36,666 nt of DNA from Macrostomum lignano (taxonomy: Eukaryota). The notes below the pieces were generated by a model that had not been told where the DNA came from, did not search any database, and saw nothing but the letters and a program-made list of their open reading frames with translations. How positions within the stretch are numbered: position 1 is the first letter of the stretch; each line of letters begins with the position of its first letter. This document shows positions 33,645-36,666 of the stretch, one piece after another. The DNA is taken from contig NIVC01004733.1 in assembly GCA_002269645.1 (NCBI GenBank), positions 1-36,666 of the forward strand, in the 5' to 3' direction. The translations under genes and the position numbers were made by a program.

Positions 33645-34370
33645 ACTGCCTGGAATCTGGGAGCCCAGAAACTGGGGATCTGGGAGGCTGGCCCAGCAAC
33701 TGAGGATCTGGGAGGCTGGCATAGCAACTGAGGATCTGGGAGGCTGGCCCAGCAACTGAGGATCTGGGAGGCTGGCCCAGCAACTGAGGATCTGGGAGGC
33801 TGGCCCAACAACTGAGGATCTGGGAGGCTGGCCCAGCAACTGAGGATCTGGGAGGCTGGCCCAGCAACTGAGGATCTGGGAGGCTGGCCCAGCAACTGAG
33901 GATCTGGGAGGCTGGCCCAGCAACTGAGGATCTGGGAGGCTGGCACAGAAACCGGGGATCTGGGAGGCTGGCATAGCAACTGAGGATCTGGGAGGCTGGC
34001 CCAGCAACTGAGGATCTGGGAGGCTGGCCCAGCAACTGAGGATCTGGGAGGCTGGCCCAACAACTGAGGATCTGGGAGGCTGGCCCAGCAACTGAGGATC
34101 TGGGAGGCTGGCCCAGAAACCGGGGATCTGGGAGGCTGGCCCAGCAACTGAGGATCTGGGAGGCTGGCCCAGCAACTGAGGATCTGGGAGGCTGGCATAG
34201 CAACTGAGGATCTGGGAGGCTGGCATAGCAACTGAGGATCTGGGAGGCTGGCCCAGCAACTGAGGATCTGGGAGGCTGGCACAGAAACCGGGGATCTGGG
34301 AGGCTGGCCCAGCAACTGAGGATCTGGGAGGCTGGCCCAGCAACTGAGGATCTGGGAGGCTGGCCCAGCA
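33645..34370. repeat. 28-bp minisatellite (ctgaggatctgggaggctggcccagcaa)n, ~25 copies, 5' of TMEM17
   Basis: Tandem copies; same family as 15040-15500 and 31870-32690. Confidence 0.96.
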
Positions 34371-35077
34371 AGAGTAATACTAAAGCTTTCACTAAAGCTA
34401 AATTTCGAAAGAACCATAACTAGCAGCGCTTTGATATGTTTTGTCTAAAAATATAACAAAACTGAAAATAAAATCTAGAAAGCAACATATTTATTGTGTG
34501 TGAATGGTGAACTAGAACACCGGCCGTGCGCAGCTAACAAAGCTTTTGAGTAGATTGCTGAATAACGGAAAAATTGCTGTTTGAGTAAATAACAGCCATA
34601 TAAACACGTCTGACAAGTTAACGGTTAATTATCAAGGACAACAAAAAATTCTAGAACAAAATACATAAAAGGTTTCAAAGATGCAAACAAAAATTTTGTA
34701 GTAAAAAAGAAAAATTTGACAGAAATTACAAACTTTAAGCTGACAAATCCAGGATAATATAGCGCATAAACTATGTACTAACCATGAAGGGACTACGAGC
34801 CTGACTCTAGTCGTGTTCGCAACAAGGTACAATTAGTATTGATAATAAGCAGGATTTGAAATCCAACAGTGCCTAATATACAGACTTAACACGACGTATT
34901 GGAGTGTTGTACATCGAGTTCGAATTGAAAATCTACTAATGTACGCATGCTGCGTTAGCTAAGGTTAGCTCAATAAATATACAGCATACGTGTAGGAGCT
35001 GTTTTGATCTATTTTAGCTCACTCAGGGCCGCTACACCAAAGAAAGACAGGTGGTGAAAAAATGACTTTTAAGAACT

Positions 35078-35081
35078 GGGG

Positions 35082-35126
<45 letters not shown>

Positions 35127-35187
35127 GGCAGACAGACAGACAGACAGGCACACACTAAAACACTGAGACAGCCAGACAGACAGCCAG

Positions 35188-35242
<55 letters not shown>

Positions 35243-35271
35243 GGCACACACTAAAACACTGAGACAGCCAG

Positions 35272-35346
<75 letters not shown>

Positions 35347-35578
35347 GCCAGACAGACAGGCAGACAGCCAGACAGCCAGACAGACAGACAGACAGACAGA
35401 CAGCCAGACAGACAAGCAGAGAGACAGACAGACAGCCAGACAGACAGACAGCAGGCAGACACTAAAACACTAAGACAGCCAGACAGACAGACGGACAGAC
35501 AGACAGCCAGACAGACAGGCAGACAGACAGACAGACAGGCACACACTAAAACACTGAGACAGCCAGACAGACAGCCAG

Positions 35579-35641
<63 letters not shown>

Positions 35642-35886
35642 GCCAGACAGACAGGCAGACAGCCAGACAGCCAGACAGACAGACAGACAGACAGCCAGAC
35701 AGACAAGCAGACAGACAGACAGACAGCCAGACAGACAGACAGCAGGCAGACACTAAAACACTAAGACAGACAGACAGACAGACGGACAGACAGACAGCCA
35801 GACAGACAGCCAGACAGACAGCCAGACAGACAGCCAGACAGACAGACAGACAGACAGCAGGCAGACACTAAAACACTAAGACAGCC

Positions 35887-35931
<45 letters not shown>

Positions 35932-35990
35932 GGCAGACAGACAGACAGACAGACAGGCAGACAGGCAGACAGCCAGACAGCAGGCAGGCG
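35078..35990. repeat. (AGAC/AGCC/AGGC)n microsatellite with a periodic acactaaaacactgag spacer (higher-order repeat)
   Basis: Seen directly; the spacer recurs about 6 times. Confidence 0.95.
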
Positions 35991-36009
35991 ATCCTACAGG
36001 CCCTGACTC

Positions 36010-36494
36010 TTATCCGGCGCAGCGAAGCACTGGCCTCGATGACACAGTAAAAGTGCACGGACCTGAAGCCAGGGCTCACCATCACCTGCACCGGGACGCT
36101 GCGGACCGCAGTACAATCTGCAGATTCGAACCCTGGCCCAGCCGTATAGCCGGGCTAATCCCAACTGCAGCTGGGCCATGTGGAAGCTGGAATGCAGCCC
36201 CATCAATTCGAATCGGCCGTCGCCGTGCGATTGCGGCCGGAAATGCAGCTGAGCATCCGGCTGAGCGCCGAGGAGGCTGGACTCGACATCTTCGCAGACG
36301 AGGAATCGTCCGACACGTCGGAGAAGCCGACGATCCCAAGGTCTGCAGCCGGAGCCCCAGGAGGCGATGTTCAGCACGACCAGGCCTTCCAATTCTGGCA
36401 GGTTCAATGGTCGGCCGTCGAGAATCACGGTCAATCGCGGTGCAGATAGCGGCAGACGCGCTCCCATAGGTCTCGGGTGCCGTAGCCAAAATAC
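36010..36494 (-). CDS. Diacylglycerol kinase (epsilon-like) accessory-domain exon, frameshifted in this sequence
   Basis: After acceptor ccccag|G: YFGYGTRD, LTVILDG..LPELEGLVVLNIASWGSGCRPW, DGRFELMGLHSSFHMAQLQ, IRLGQG, VPVQV/DGEPWLQ/GPCTFTV. These DGKE-type motifs are split over three frames. Upstream exons lie beyond the window. Confidence 0.8.
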
Positions 36495-36524
36495 CTGGGG
36501 ATAATTTAAATAGACTACTATTAG

Positions 36525-36666
36525 TTAGATACAGTCACTCGTTAGTCAGTTAGATAAACACAAGCATTAGTGAATTAGATAGACAATCATTAGTCAATTA
36601 GATACAGTCACTCATTAGTCAGTTAGATAAACAACAAACATTAGTGAATTAGATAGACAATCATTA
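36525..36666. repeat. Degenerate minisatellite (agttagata...cattagt) in the DGK intron
   Basis: Recurring ttagata / cattagt units running to the window end. Confidence 0.75.

Noticed and set aside
32497-35753. ORFs 32497-32802, 33592-34417 and 35019-35753
   Set aside because: They derive from the 28-bp minisatellite and the TCTG microsatellite.

Overview
Eukaryotic (metazoan) genomic DNA. GC-rich coding exons are separated by introns that are mostly filled with short-period minisatellites. This style resembles a free-living flatworm such as Macrostomum, but that is inference only. Protein-coding content: a complete 8-exon ubiquitin-activating enzyme E1 (UBA1, + strand, ~1028 aa), and on the minus strand an SLC35F5-like transporter, a dynamin/EHD-type P-loop GTPase with a C-terminal membrane anchor, the C-terminal half of a SETD4-like methyltransferase, an intronless TMEM17 CDS and a frameshifted diacylglycerol kinase (epsilon-like) exon. 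The main hidden system lies in the apparently empty AT-rich stretch at ~26.3-31.3 kb. It is a minus-strand, multi-exon, non-coding snoRNA host gene with 13 box C/D snoRNAs: six copies of an 18S Am99-type guide, six copies of an LSU guide for the yeast Cm2948-equivalent site, and one 18S Um627-type guide. Almost all sit one per intron, 83-101 nt upstream of the 3' splice site, between 25-65 nt exons. Also notable: a 30-bp minisatellite in UBA1 intron 5 made of 16 in-frame tandem copies of the 3' splice junction, a 28-bp minisatellite family dispersed at three sites, nested hAT/MULE-like non-autonomous elements and a fold-back element. Exon boundaries were inferred by eye from GT/AG signals, phase and homology, and need RNA-seq confirmation.
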